In this document: piece after piece, positions 27,001 to 41,230 of the stretch | Position numbering within the stretch: position 1 is the stretch's first letter | Layout: every line of letters starts with the position of its first letter | Assembly: GCF_009914755.1 (NCBI RefSeq) | Contig: NC_060933.1 | Strand: one strand, 5' to 3' | Source: the human T2T-CHM13v2.0 reference genome, Homo sapiens | Length of the DNA stretch: 64,000 nt | Program-made: the position numbers and the translations under genes | Notes under the pieces: generated by a model | Told to the model about the DNA's origin: nothing | The model's input: only the letters and a program-made list of their open reading frames with translations | Databases searched by the model: none

Positions 27001-30000
27001 GAATGGAATTGAATAGAATGGAGTGGAGTGGAGAGGAGTGGAATAGAAAGGAATGGAATGGAATGGAGAGGAATCGAGTGGAGCGGTTTGGAATCGTTTG
27101 GAATGTAATGGAAAGAAGTGGAGTAGAATGGAGGGGAATGGAATCGAACAGAGTGGAGTGCAATGGAATGGAAAGGAACAGAGTGTGGTAGAATGGAATG
27201 GAATAGAATGGAACGGAATGGAGCTGAATGAAATGGACGGGAATGGAATGGAATGGAGTGGAGTGGAGTAGAGTGAAATGGAATGGAGAGGAGTGGAGTG
27301 TAGTGGAGTGGAGTGGAGTAGAATGTAATGGCGTGGAATGCAGTGTAATGGAGTGGAGTGGCACAGAACGGAGTCGAATGGAAAGTAATGGATTCGAATG
27401 GAATGGGATGGAATGGATTGGAGTAGAATGGAATTGAATGGAATGGAATGGAACGGAATGGAATGGAATGGAGTGGAATGCAATGGAGTAGAATGAACTG
27501 GAATGGAATAGAATGGAGTGGAATGGAATGGAGTGGAGTGGAATGGAATGGAATGAAAAGGAGTGGAGTGGTGTGAAATGGAGTGGTGTGGAGTCTAGTG
27601 TAGTGAAATGGAATGGAGTGGAATGGAGCGGAAAGAGTGGAGTGGAATGAAATGGCATGTAATGGAATGGAACTGAGGGAAATGGAATGGAATGGAATGA
27701 GTGGAGTTGAATTGAAAGGAGTGTAATGGAGTGGAGTTGAATTGAGTGGAGTGGAGTGGAATGGAATGGAAGGGAGTGCAATGGAGTGGAGTGGGGTGGT
27801 GTGGAGTGGAGTGGACTGGAATGGAGTGGAGGAGAGTGGAGTGTATTGGAATGGAGTGAAATGGAATGGAGCGAATAGAGTGGAAGGGAAGGGAATGGAA
27901 TGGAATGGAATGGACTGCAATGAAGTGGAGTGGAGAGGTGTCGACTGGAGGGGAACGGAGGGGAGTGGAGTGGAATGTAGTGGAGTGTAGTGGAATGGGG
28001 TGGAATTGAGTGGAATGGAATGGAAGGGAAGAGTATGGAATGCAATGAAGTGGAATTTTATGGAATGAAATGAAGTTGAATGGAATGGAGTGTAGTGGAA
28101 ATGGAATGAAGTGGAGCAGAATGGAATGGAGTGTATTGGATGGAATGGAGTGGACTGGAGTGGAGTGGAACGTAATGGAATGGAACAGAGTGGATTGGAG
28201 TGGACTGCAATGGAATGGAGGGGTGTGGAATTGAATGGAATGGAATGGAATTTAGTGGAGTGGAATGGAATATAATGGAAAGGAATGGAAAAGAATGGAG
28301 TGGACTGGTGTGCATTGGATTTGTGTGGAGTTGAATGGAGTGGAGTGCAATGGAGGTAAGTGTAATAGAATGGAATGGAGTGGAATGGAATGCAAAGGAA
28401 TTGAATGGAACGGATTCGAGTGGAATGGTGTGGAGTGGAATGGAGAGGAGTAGAATGGATTGGAGTGGAATGGAGTGGAGTGGAATGGAGTGGAGTGGAG
28501 AGTAAAGGGGTGGAGTGGAATGGAATGGAAAGGAATCGAATGGGGTAGAATGGAATGGAATGGGATGTGATGGAGTGGAATGGAGTGGAGTGAAGAGGAG
28601 TGGAGAGGATTGGAGTGGAGTGGAATGGAATGGAATGGAGTGGAGACAAATGGAGTGGAGTGGAGAGGTTTGCAGTGGAGTGCAGTGGAGTGGATTGCAG
28701 TGGAGTGGAGTGGAATGGATTGGTGTGCTGTGGAGGGAAAAAAAATTGAATGGGATGGAGTGGAGTGCAGTGGAGTGGAGTCGAATGAAATGAAATTTAA
28801 TGAAATGGAATGGAGAAGATTGCAGTGGAGTGGAGTGGAATGTATTGGAATGGATTGGAGTAGACTGTTGTGGAGGGTCGTGGAATGGAAAGGAGTGTAA
28901 TGCAGTGGAATGGAGTGGAATGGAATGGAGTTGAGTGGAATGGAGTGGAATGGAATGATGTGGAATGGAGTGGAATGGAATGGTATGCAGTGGAGTGGAA
29001 TGCAATGGAGTGGAATGGAATGGAGTGGAACAGAACGAAATGGAATGTAATGGAATAGAAAGGAATGGAGTAGAATGGAGTGGAATGAAATGCAATAGAA
29101 TGGAATGGAGTGGAGTTGAATGGAATGGAATGGAGTGGAATGGAGAGGAGTGGAACGCAATGGAGTACAATGTAGTGAAATGGAGTTGAAAGGAATGGAA
29201 TGGTTTGGAGTGCAATGGAATGGAGTAGAGTTGAATGGAATGCAGTGGAGAGGAATGGAATGGAGTTGCATGGAATGGATTGGAATGTAAAGGAATGGAA
29301 TAGAATTGAGTGGAGTGGAGGGGAAAGGAATGGAATGGAGTAGAATGGAATGGAGTGCAGAGGAGAAGAATATATAATGGAATGGAATGGAATGGAATGG
29401 AATGGAATGGAATGGATTGGATTGGAATGGAAAGGAATGGAGTGGAGAGGAGAAGAATATAATGGAATGGAATGGAGTGAAATAGAGTGGAATGGAGTGG
29501 ATTGGAATGGAATGGAATGTAGTGGAATGGAATGGATTGGAAACGAATGGAATGGAGTGGATTGGAAAGGAGAGAAGTGGAATGGAGTGAAATGGAGTGG
29601 AATGAAGTGCAGAGGAATGAAATGGAATGGAAAGGAGTGGAGTGGAACAGAGTGGAGTGGAGTGGAACGGAGGGAAGTTGAATAGAATGGAGCAGAATGG
29701 AGGAGAATGGAGTGGACTGGAATGCAGTGGAATGGAGTGTAATATAATGGAATGGAGTCGACTGGAGTGGTGTACAGTGGAGTGGAGTGAAATGGAGTGG
29801 AGTGGAATGGAGTTGTCTGGAGTGGAATGGATTGGAATGGAGTGGAATAGAGTGGAGAGGAGTGGAATGAAATGGACTGGAATGGAGTGGAATGGAATGG
29901 AATGGTGTGTAATGGAATGAAATGGAATGCAATGGATGGAAGTGGAGTGGAGTGGCGTTGAGTGGAGGGGAATGGATTGGGGTGTAATGGAATGGAATGG

Positions 30001-33000
30001 AAGGGAATGGAGAGAAATTGAATAGGCTGGAGTGGAATGGAATGGACTGGAGTGGAATGGAATGGAGTGGAATGCAATAAAAGGAAAGGAGTGGAACGGT
30101 TTGGAATGGAGTGAAATTGAGTGGATTGTAATGGAATGGAGTGGACTGGAGTGGATAGGAATAGACTGCAGTGGAAAGGAATAGACTGGAGTGGAATGGA
30201 AGGGAATGAAATGGAGGGGAATGGAATGGAACGGAATGGAATGGAATGGAATGGAATGGAATGGAATGGAACGGAATGAAATGGAATGTAATGAAGTGGA
30301 GTGGAATGGAACGGACTGGAGTGGAATGGATTGGAGTGGAGAGGAAAGGAATGGAGTGGAGGGCAATAGAATGGAATGGAGTGGAATGGAAAGGAGTGCA
30401 GTGTAATGCAGTGGAGTTGAGTGGAATGGAGTAGAGTGTAGTCGAATGGAAAGTAATGGACTGTAGTGGAATGGTGATGAGTGGAATGGAATGGAGTGAA
30501 ATGGAGAGTAATGGAATGGAATGGAAAGAAATGGACTGGAATAGCATGGAATTGAATGGAATGGATTGGGATGGGATGGAATGGAATGGAATGGAGTGGA
30601 GTGAAGAAGAATGAAATGGCGTGGTGTGGATTGGAATGGAGTGGATTGGAATAGAATGGTGTCGAATGGAATGGAGAGGAATGGAATGGAGTGGAATGGA
30701 GAGGAAGGGTTTGAAAAAGATTGGAATGGAATCCAAAGTATTTCAGTAGAACAGAGGGGAATGGAATGGAACATAGTGGAGTGAAATGGAATGGAAAGCA
30801 ATGGAGTGGAATGGGAAGGAATGGAATTGAATGGAATGGAATTGAATGCAGTGGAATGGAATGGAATGGAATGGAATGGAATGGAGAGGCGTTTAGTGGA
30901 GTGGAATGGAATGGTGGGGAAAGGAGTGAAGTGGAATGTAGAGGAATGTATTGGAGTTTAGTGGAATCGAAGGGAGTTGAATTGAATGGAATTGAGTGCA
31001 GTGGAATGGAACGGAGTGACAAGGAATGGATTTGAATTGAGTGGAAAGGAATGGAGTGGTGTGAAATGGAATGGAATGGAATGGAATGGACAGGAGTGGA
31101 TTGGAGTGGAATGGAATGGAAGGAATGGAGTTGAATAGAGTGGAATGGAGTGGGGTGGAATGGAATGGAGTTGAGTGGAATGGAATAGATTGGAATGGAA
31201 TGGAATGGAATGGAGTGGAGTGGAAAGGAGAGGAATGGAAAGGAGTGGAGTCGAGTGCATTGGAGGACAGTGGAATGGAATGGAGTTTAATGCAATGGAG
31301 TAGAGGGGAGTACATTGGAGTGGACTGGAGTGGAGTGGAGAGGAGTGGAATATAATGGAATGAAGTGGCGTGGAGTGGAGTATAGTGGAGTGGAATGGAA
31401 TGGAGTGGAATGGAATGGAATGAAAAAGAGTAGAGTGGAATGCTATGGAGTGGAATGGAGTGTAGTTGAATGGAGTGGAATGGAAAGGAACTGAATGCAG
31501 TGGAGAGGAACCGAATTGAATGGAGTGGAATGTAATGGAGTGGAGAGGGGTGGAGTGGAATGGAGTGGAATGTAAAGCAATGGAGTGGATTGGAGTGGAT
31601 TGGAAGGGAATAGAATGGAGTGGAGTGAGACGGACTGGAGTGGAATGGAATGGAGTAAACTGCAATAGAATGGAAAGGAGTGGAGTGCAGTGGAATGGAG
31701 TGGAGTGGAATAGAGGGGAATGCAATTGAGTGGATTGGAATGGAGTGGAATGGAATGAAATTGAATGGAGTGGAATAGAGTGTTATGGAGTGGTACGGAA
31801 TGGAATGGAGTGGATTTGAATGGAACGGAGTCGAAAGCAATGGAATGGAATCGAGTGTAGAGGAATGGAATGGAATGGAGTGGAATGGAATATAGTGGAG
31901 TGTAATGGAAAGGATTGGAGTGTAATGGAATGGAATTGGTTGGAATGGAATGGGGTGACATAGAATGGAAGGGAATGGAGTGGAATACTATTTAGTGGAG
32001 TGGTATGAAATGGAGTGGATTGAAAGTAATGGAATGAATTGGAATGGAACGGAGTGGAGTAGAGTGGAGTGGAATGGAGAGGAAAGCATTGGAATGCAAT
32101 GGAATGTTGTGGACTGGAATGGACTGGAGTGGAATCGAGTGGAGTAAACTAGAATTGAATGGAATTTAATGGAATGGAATGGAGAAGAGTGGAGTGGAGT
32201 GGAATGGAATGGAATGGAGTGGAGAGGAGTGAACAGGAGTGGCATGGAATGGAATGTAGTGGACTGGAGTGGAATGGAGAGGAAAGGAATGGAGTGGAGT
32301 GGAATGGAGTGGAATGGAATGGAGTGGAAAGGAGTGGATTGGAGTGGAATGGAACAGAATGGAATGGAATGGAGTGGAATGGAATTTAATGGAATGGAAA
32401 GGTGTGGAATGAAATGGAATAGAATGGAATGGAATGTAGTGGAATGGAGTGGAGTCTAATGGAATGGAATGGAGTGGAGTGGAGTGGAACGCAATGGAGG
32501 AGAATGGAATGAAATGTTGTAGAGGGGAATGGAATGGACAGGGGTGGAATGGAATGGAGTGGAGAGGAGTGAACAGGAGTGGCATGGAATGGAATGTAGT
32601 GGGCTGGAGTGGAATGGAGAGGAAAGGAATGGAGTGGAGTGGAATGGAGTGGAATGGAATGGAGTGGAAAGGAGTGGATTGGAGTGGAATGGAACAGAAT
32701 AGAATGGAATGGAGTGGAATGGAATTTAATGGAATGGAATGGTGTGGAATGAAATGGAATAGAATGGAATGGAATGTAGTGGAATGGAGTGGAGTCTAAT
32801 GGAATGGAATGGGGTGGAGTGGAGTGGAATGGAATGGAGGAGAATGGAATGAAATGTAGTAGAGGGGAATGGAATGGACAGGGGTGGAATGGAATGGAGA
32901 GGATTTGAATGGAATGAAGTGGAGGGGAATGGCATGGAGTGGCATGGAATGGATTGGAATGTAGTGCAGAGGAATGGAGTGGTGTGTAATGGAATGGAAT

Positions 33001-36000
33001 TGAAAGGAATGGAATGGAATGGAATGGAATGGAATGGAATGGAATGGAGTGAAGTGGAGTAGAATCGAGTGGCATTCAATGGAATGGAATTGAGTGGAGT
33101 GGAGTGGAAAGGAATGAAATGGAATGGACTGGAATAGAGTGGAATTGAGTGGAGGAGAATAGAATGGAATGGGTTTGAACGGAATGAAATGTAAAGAAGT
33201 GGAGTGGAATAGAGTAGAGTGGAATGGAGTGGATTGGAGTGTAGTGGAGTGGAGTGGAATGGAATTTAATGGAGTGGAATGGAATGTAATGGAAAGGGGA
33301 GGAATGGAATGGATTGTAATGGAGTGGAATGGAGTGGACTGAAATGGAATGGAATGAAGTGGGGAAGAATGGGGTGGACAGGAGTGGAGTGGAGTGTAGT
33401 GGAATATAATGGAATGGAGTGGAGTGGATTGGAGTATAGTGGAGTGGAATTGAAGGGTGTAGAGTGGAATGGAATGAAATGGAGTGGAAGGGAGTCTAAT
33501 GGAATGGAGTGGAGTGGAGTGGATAGTATTTGAGTGGAATGGATTGGAATGAAGTGGACTGGAGTGGAGAGGATTGGAATGACATTGAATGGAATTGAAG
33601 AGAATGGAGTGGTATGCAGTGGAGTGGAAGGGAATGGAATGGAATGGAGTGGAATGGAGTGGAATATAGTGAAACCGAATAGAATGGAATGGATTGGAAT
33701 GGAAAGGATTGGAATGGAATGGAATGGAGTGGAGTGGAGTGGAATTGACTGGAGTGGAAAAGAATTGAGCTGACTGGAGTAGAATGGAAAGGAGTGGAGT
33801 TGAGTGTAATGGAGTGCAGTGGAGTGGAATGGAGTGGAATGCAATGGAGTGGATTGGAATGGACTGGAATGGAATGGACAGGAATGGAGTGGATTGGAGT
33901 GGACTGTAACGGAATGGAGTGGAGTGGAATGGAATGGAATGGAGTAGAATGGATTGTAGTGGAGTGGAATGTAAAGGAATGGACTGGAACGGAATGGAAT
34001 GGAATGGAATGGGGTGACATAGAATGGAATGGAATGAAGTGGAATGGAATGGAGTGGAGAGCAATGTAATGGAGTGGAATGAAAAGTAAAGGAATGTAGT
34101 GGAATGGAACGGAGTGGAGTTGAGTGGAATGGAACGGAGTGGACTGTAGTGAAATGGAGTGTAGAAGAGTGGAGAGGAATGGCATAGGGTGGGATGGGGT
34201 AGAATGTCTTGTAGTGGAATGGAATGGAGTGGAGTGGAATGGAATGGAACGGAATGGAGATGGAGTGGAATGGAGTGGAGGGGAATGGAGTGGATTTTAG
34301 TGGAGTGGAATGGAATGGAATGGAGTGCAATCGAATGGAGTGGAGTGGAGTGGAATGGAGTAGAGTCGAGTGGAACGGAGTGGAGAGAAGTGGAGTGAAG
34401 TGGAGTGGAGTGGAGTTGAATGAAGTAGAGGGGAGTGGAGTGGAGTATAATGGAATGGAGTGGATTGGAATGGAATGGAGTGGAATGGAGTGGAATAGAG
34501 TGGAATGGAATGGAATTTAGTCGAGTGGAGTGGAGTGGAGTGGAATGGAATGGAATGGAGTGGAATGCAATGGAGTGGAGTGGAGAGGAATGAAATGAAA
34601 TGGAGTGGAATGGAGAAGACTGGAGCGGAATGGAGTCTAGTGGAGTGGAATAGTGTGGAGAGGAATGGAATGGAGTATAAAGGAATGGAATGGAAAGGAA
34701 TGGATTGTAATGAAGAGAAGTGGAGTTGAATGGAATGGAAATTGAATGGAATGGAGTGGAATGGAATGGGATGGAGTTAAGTAGAATGTTATGGAGTGGA
34801 GTGGAATTGAATGGAATGGAGTGGAATGAACTGCAGTGCAGTGCTGTAGAGTGGAGTGGAGGGGAATGGAATGGAATGCAGTGGAGTGGAGTGGAGTGCA
34901 TTGGAATGGGGTGGAGTGGAGAGGAATGCAATGGAGTGGATTGGAATGGAGTGGAGTCGAATGGAATGGAGTGGAAAGCAGTGGAGTAGAACGGAATGGA
35001 ATGGAGTGGAATGAGGTGGAGTGGAGTAGAATGGAATGGAGTGGGATGGAATGGAATGGAATGGCATGGAGTTGAATGGAATGGAATGGAATGGATTGGA
35101 GTGCAGAGGAGTGCAATGGAATGGATTGGAATGGAATGGAATGGAATGGAGTGGAGTGGAGTCGAGTGGAATGGAGTGGAGTGGAGTGGAGTGGAATGTA
35201 GTGGAGTGGAGTGGAGTGGAGTGGAAAGGAATGGAATTGAATGGGTGGATTGGAATGGAATGGGATGAAATGAAGTAGTATGGAATTCAGTGGAGTTGAA
35301 TGGAATGGAATGGAGTGGAATGGAATGAAGCAGAGAGGGGTGGAGTGTAGTGTAGTGGGGATGAATGTAGTGGAGTGGAATGGAAAGGAGTGGAGGGGAG
35401 TGGGGTGGAGTGAAGTGGAGTGGAGGGGGGTGGAATGGAAAGGGTGTAATAGAATGGAATTGAGTGGAGTTGAATGGAATGGAGGGGAATATAGTGGAGT
35501 GGAGTGGAATGAAAAGGAATTTAATGGAATGGAATGGAGAGGTGTGGAGTGGAGTGGGGTGGAATGGAATGGAATAGAGTGAAGTTTAATGAAGTGCTGT
35601 GGCGTGGAATGTAATGGAGTGGAGTCGAGTGAGGTGGAATGGAATGAAGTGGAATGGAGTGGAGTGGAGCTGAATGAAACGGAATGGAAATAAATGGATT
35701 GGAATGGAATGGAATGCAATGGAGTGTAGTGGAATGGATTGGAATAGAATGGAATGGAATGGAATGCAGTGGAGAGGAGTGGAATGGAATGGAATGGAAT
35801 GGAATGGAGTGCAGAGGAGTGGAGTGGAATGGAATGCAGGGGAATGGAGTGAAATGGACTGAAGGGCAATGGAATGGAATGGAGTGGAATGGAATGGAAT
35901 GGAAAGGAATGGAATGGAAAGGAAAGGAATGGAATGTAGTGGAGTGGAAAGGAGAGGAGTGGAAGGGAGTGGGTTGGAGTGGCATGGAGTGGAATGGAGT

Positions 36001-39000
36001 GGCGTGGAATGGAATCGAGTGGAGTGGAGTAGAACGGAGTGGAGTGGGATAGGTTGGAGAGGAGTGAAGTGTAGTGGAATGGAGTGGAGTGGAATGGAGT
36101 GGAGTGCAGTGGAGAAGAGAGGATTGGAGTGGAATGGAAAAGAGTACTCTGGAATGGAATGGAGTGTAATGGAACCGTTTGGTGGAGAGGGGAGTGTAAT
36201 GGAATGGAGTGGAGTGGAAATGAATGGATTAGAGTGGAAAGGAATTGAATGGAGTGGAGTGGAATAGATTGGAGTAGAGTGGAGTGAAGTGTAATTGAAT
36301 GGAATGGAATAAGGTGCAGAGGAGTGGCATGGAGTGGAGTTGAGTGGAGTGGAAGGGATTGGAGTGGAATGGAATGGGGTGGAATGGAGTGTAGTGGAAT
36401 GGAGTGAAGTGCAGTGGAGTGGTGTGGAATGGAATGGAGTGGAATGGAGTGGACTGCAATGGAATGGTGTGCAATGGAATGGAGTGGAATGGAATGGAAT
36501 TGAATGGAGTGGACTTGATTGGAGAGGGGTGGAATGGAGTGGAGTGGATTGGAATGGAGTGAAGTGGAATGGAATGGAATGGAGAGGAAGTGAATTGATT
36601 AGAGTGGAGTGGAGTGAACTGTAATGGAATGGAATGGAATGCAGTGCCGTGCAGTGGAGTGGAGTTGAGTGGAGTGGAAATGACTGGAGAGAAATGGCAT
36701 GGAGGGCAGAAGAGTGGAGTGGAGTGGAATGGCGTGGAGGGCAGTAGAGTGGAGTGGAATGGAATGGAGTTGACTGTAATGTAATGGAGTGGAATGGAGT
36801 GGAATAGAGTTTCGTGGAATGCAATGGAGTGGAGTGGAATGAAATGGAGTCGAATTGAATGGCATAGAATGGAGTGGAGTGAAATGGATTGGAGTGGAGA
36901 GGAAAGTAATGAAGTAGAGTGAATGGAATGGAGTCGAAAGAAATAAGTGGAGTTGAGTGGATTGGAGAGGAGTGGAATGGAGAGGGATGGTATGGAGTGC
37001 AGAGGAATGGAATGGAATGGAATGGAATGGAATGGCCTGGAATGGAGTTGAGTGCAGAGGAGTTGAGTGTAGTGGAAAGGAATGGAGTGAAATGGAGAGT
37101 AAAGGAGTGGCGTGCAATGGAATGGCATGTAGTGGAATGGAATGGAGTGGAATGGAATGTAATTGAATGGAGTAGACTGGAATGGAGAGGAGTAGAAAGG
37201 GTTGGAGTGGAATGGAATGGAATGGAATGGAGTGGAATGGAATGGATTGGAATGGACTGGAGTGAAGTGTAATGGAATGCAATGGAATGCAGGGGAGTGG
37301 ATGGGAGTGGAATTGAGTGGAGTGAAATGGAGTGGGGTGAAATGCAGTGGAGTGGAGTGGAGTGGAATGGAGTGGAGTGCAGTGGAGTGGAATGGAATGG
37401 AGTAGAATAGAGTTTGGTGGAATGGAATGGGGTGGAATTGAGTGGAATGCAATGGAATGAAATGGAACGGGATGGAATGGAATGGAATTGAATGGAATTT
37501 AGTGTTACTGAGTGGTTTGCATTGGAGTGGATTGGAGTGGAATTGAATGGAGTGGAATGGAGTGGAGTGTAATGGAGTGGAGTGGCATGGAGTGGAGTGG
37601 AAAGGAATGGAAAGGCATGGAATGGAATGGAGTGTAATAGAATTCGATGGAGGGTAGTAGAATGGAATGGATTGGAGTGGAATGGAATGGAATGGAGTGG
37701 AATGCAATGGAGTAGAGTGGAGTGGAGTGGAGAGGAATGAAGTGGAGTGGAGTGGAAGGGAGTGGAATGGAGAGGAGTGGAATGGAGTGCAGTGGAATGG
37801 AATGGTTTGGAAGGGAATGGAATGAAGTGGAATGGAATGGAATGGAATGGAGTGGAGTGGAATGGAGTGGACTTGAATGGAGTGCAATGGAGAAGAGTGG
37901 AATGGAGAGGAATGGAATGGAGTGTTGTGGAAAGGAACAGAGTATTGTGGAATGGAATGGAGTGGAATGGAGTGGATTGGAGGGGAGTGGAAGGGAATGG
38001 AGTGGAGTGGAGTGGAATGGAATGCAGTTTAAAGGAATGGAATAGAATGGAGTGGACTGGAATGGAACGGAATGGTATGCAATGGAATGGAATGGTATAC
38101 AATGGCATGGAATAGAGTTGAACGGAATGGGATGTGGTGGAGTAGATTGGAATGGAGTGGAGTGGAATGGAATGGAATGGACTGGAAAGGAATGGAGTAG
38201 AGTGGAGTCTTTTGGAATGGAGTGGAGTGGAGTGGAGAGGAATGGAGAAGAGCGTAATGGAGTTCATTGGAATTGAATTGAGTGGATTGGAATGGAGTGC
38301 AGTGGAATGAAGTGGAAAGGAGGGGAATGGAGTGGAGTGGATTGGAATGGATAGGCAAGGAGAGGAATGGAATATAATAGAATGAAGAGGAGGGGAATTG
38401 AATGGAACAGAGTGGAATGGAGTGGAGCTGAATGGATTGTAATAGAGGGGAGTGGAGGGGAAGGGATTGGAAGGGAATGCAGTGGATTGGAATGGGATGG
38501 AATGGAATGGAAGGGAGTGGAGTGCAGTGTAGTGTAGTGTAGTGTAGTAGAATGTAATGGAGTACAATTGAGTGGAGCGGAATGGAGAGGCCTGGAACGA
38601 AGTAGAGTGGAATGGAATGGAGTGGAGTTGAATGGAAAGGAGTGCAATGGAATGTATTGGAATGGAGTTGAATGGAATGGAATGGAGATAAATGGAATGG
38701 ATTGGAGTGGAGTGGAGTGAAGTGTAATGGAAGGGAATGGAATGCAATGGAGTGGAGTGGAATGAAGTGGAGTGCAGTGGAGTGGAGTGGAATAGAATGG
38801 ATTGGAATGTAATGGAATGGAGTGGAGTGGAGTGGTTTGGAGTGGGGTGGAGTGGAGTGGAGTGGAATTGAATGGAGTGGAACGGAGTGGAATGGTGTGA
38901 GGTGCAATGTAATGGAGAGGAGTGGAATGGAGTGGAATGGAATGGAATGGAGTGGAATAGAATGGAATGGAATGGAATGGAATGGAATGGAATGGAATGG

Positions 39001-41150
39001 AATGGAATGGAGTGGAATGGAGTGGAGTGGAATGGAATGGAATGGAATGGAGTGGAATGGAGTGGAGTGGAATGGAATGGAATGGAATGGAATGGAATGG
39101 AATGGAATGGAATGGAGTGGAGTGGAGTGGAGTGGAATGGAGTGGAATGGAATAGAACGGAATGGACTGGAATGGAATCGGATAGAGTGGAGTAGAATGG
39201 AATGGAATTTAGTGGAATGGAATGGGATGGAGAGGAGTGGAGTGGTGTGGAATGGAATGAAGTGGAGTGGAGTAGAGTGGAGTGGAATGGAGAGGAATGG
39301 AATGGAGTTCAGTGGAATGGAACGCTATGCAAGGGAATGGAATGGAGTGGAATGGAACAGAGTGGAATGCAGTGGATTGGATTGGAAGGGAATGGAGTGC
39401 ATTGGTGTGGAGTGGAATGGGATGAAATGGAGTGGAGTGGGATGGAGTGGAGTGGAATGGAATGGAATGGAATGGAATGGAATGGAAGAGAATGGACTGG
39501 CATTGAGTGGAGTGGAGTGGAATGGAATGGAGAGGAATGGAATGGAATGAAATGGAGTGGATTGGAATGGAGTTGAGTGGAATGGAGTGGAATGGAATGG
39601 AATGGAATGGAATGGAACGAAATGGATTGGAATGAAATGGGGTGGAATGGAGTGTAAAGTAACAGAATGGAATGGATTGGAATGGAATGGAATAGAATGG
39701 AGTGGACTGGAATGAAGTGGAATTGAGTGGAGTGGAATTGAGTGTGGTGGAGTTGATGGGAGTGGAATGGAGTGGAGTGCAGTGGAGTAGAGTGAAATGG
39801 AGAGTATTTGAATGGAGTGTTGTGGAAAGAAATGGAGTGTTGTGGAATTGAATGGAGAGGAATGGAGAGGAATGGAGTGGAGTCGAAGGGAATCGAGTGG
39901 AGTGGAATGGAATGCAGTTAAATGGAATGGAATGGAATGGAGTGGAATGGAATGGAATGGAGTGGAATGGAATGGAATGGAAAGGAATAGAGTTCAATGG
40001 AATGGGATGTTGTGGAGTAAAGGGGAATGGAGTCGAGTGGAATGGAATTGAAAGGCCTGGAATGGAATGGAGAAGAGGGGAGACTTGTGGAATAGAACGC
40101 AATGGAGTGGAGTGGAGTGGAATGGAATGGAGTGTAATGGACTGCATTGGAATGGAAGGGAGTGGAATGGAATGGAATGCAGTGGAATGGAGTGGAATGG
40201 AATGGAGTGGAGTGGAATAGATACACGTGGAGAGGAATGGAATGGAATTCAGTGCAGAAGAATGGAATGGAATGGAACGTAGTGGAACGGAGTGGAGTAG
40301 AATGGACTGTACTGGAGTGGAGTGGAGTGGAAGGGAGTGGAAGGGAATGGAGTGGAGTGGAATGGGATTGAATGGAATGCAATTGAGTGGAGTGCAGTGG
40401 AGTGGAGTCAAGTGGAATGAAATGGAGTGGAATTGATTGGAATGGAATGGAGTGGTGTGGAATGGAATGGAGTGGATATGAATGGAATGAAGTGTAATGG
40501 AATGGTATGGAGTGGAGTGGAATGGAATGGAACGGAGTGCAATGGAATGTATTGGAGTGGAGTGGAGTGAAGTGTAAAAGTGTAATGGAATGGAATGGAA
40601 TGCAGTGGAGTGGAGTTGAGTGGAGTGGAATGGAGTGGAGTGGAATGGAGTGGGGTGGATTGGAATGGAGAGGAGTGGAATGGAGTTGAGTGGAATGGAG
40701 TGGAGTGCAGTGGAGTGGAGTGCAGTGGAGTGGAGTGGAATGGAATGGAGTGGAATGGAGTTGAGTGCAATGGAATGGAGTGGAATGGAATGGAATGGAA
40801 TGGAATGGAATGGAATGGAAAGGAAAGGAGTAGAGTAGACTGGTGAGGACTGGGGTGGATTGGAGTGGAGTGGAATTGAATGGAATGGGATGGAGTGGAA
40901 GGAATGGAGTGGAGGGGAGTGGAGTGGACAGGAGTGGAGTGGAGAGAAATGGAGTGAAATGGAATGGGATGGGATGGAATGGAGTGGAGTGGATTGGAGT
41001 GAAGTGGAGTGGTGTGGAGTTGATTGGAGTGGAGTGGAATGGAGTGGAATTCAATGGAATGGAATGGTATGGAATGGAATGGGGGAGGAGAGGGGAGTGG
41101 AGTGGAGTGGAATTGAGTGTAGTGGAATGGAAAGGAAAGAAATACAATGG
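1..41150 (+). repeat. Cassette-free domain of the satellite (diverged GGAAT/GGAGT with nested local duplications)
   Basis: No Alu-derived cassette or other transposon sequence seen before 41155. Rare variant words recur at sub-kb to multi-kb offsets. Confidence 0.88.
32210..32895 (+). repeat. 340-bp near-identical tandem duplication inside the satellite
   Basis: gaacaggagtggcatgg at 32231/32571, ggagtctaat at 32451/32791 and ggacaggggtgg at 32536/32876, all offset by 340. Confidence 0.88.
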
Positions 41151-41166
41151 AAGGGTGAAATGAAAT

Positions 41167-41230
41167 GTGAGCTGAGATTGTGCCCCTGTATTCTAGCCAT
41201 TATTGACACAGAGATATCCCGTCGAAAGAA
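41167..41230 (+). mobile_element. First Alu 3'-end fragment (SINE-derived cassette) of the composite array
   Basis: gtgagctgagattgtgcccctgtattctagccattattgacacagagatatcccgtcgaaagaa, a diverged copy of the cassette consensus. Confidence 0.8.
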
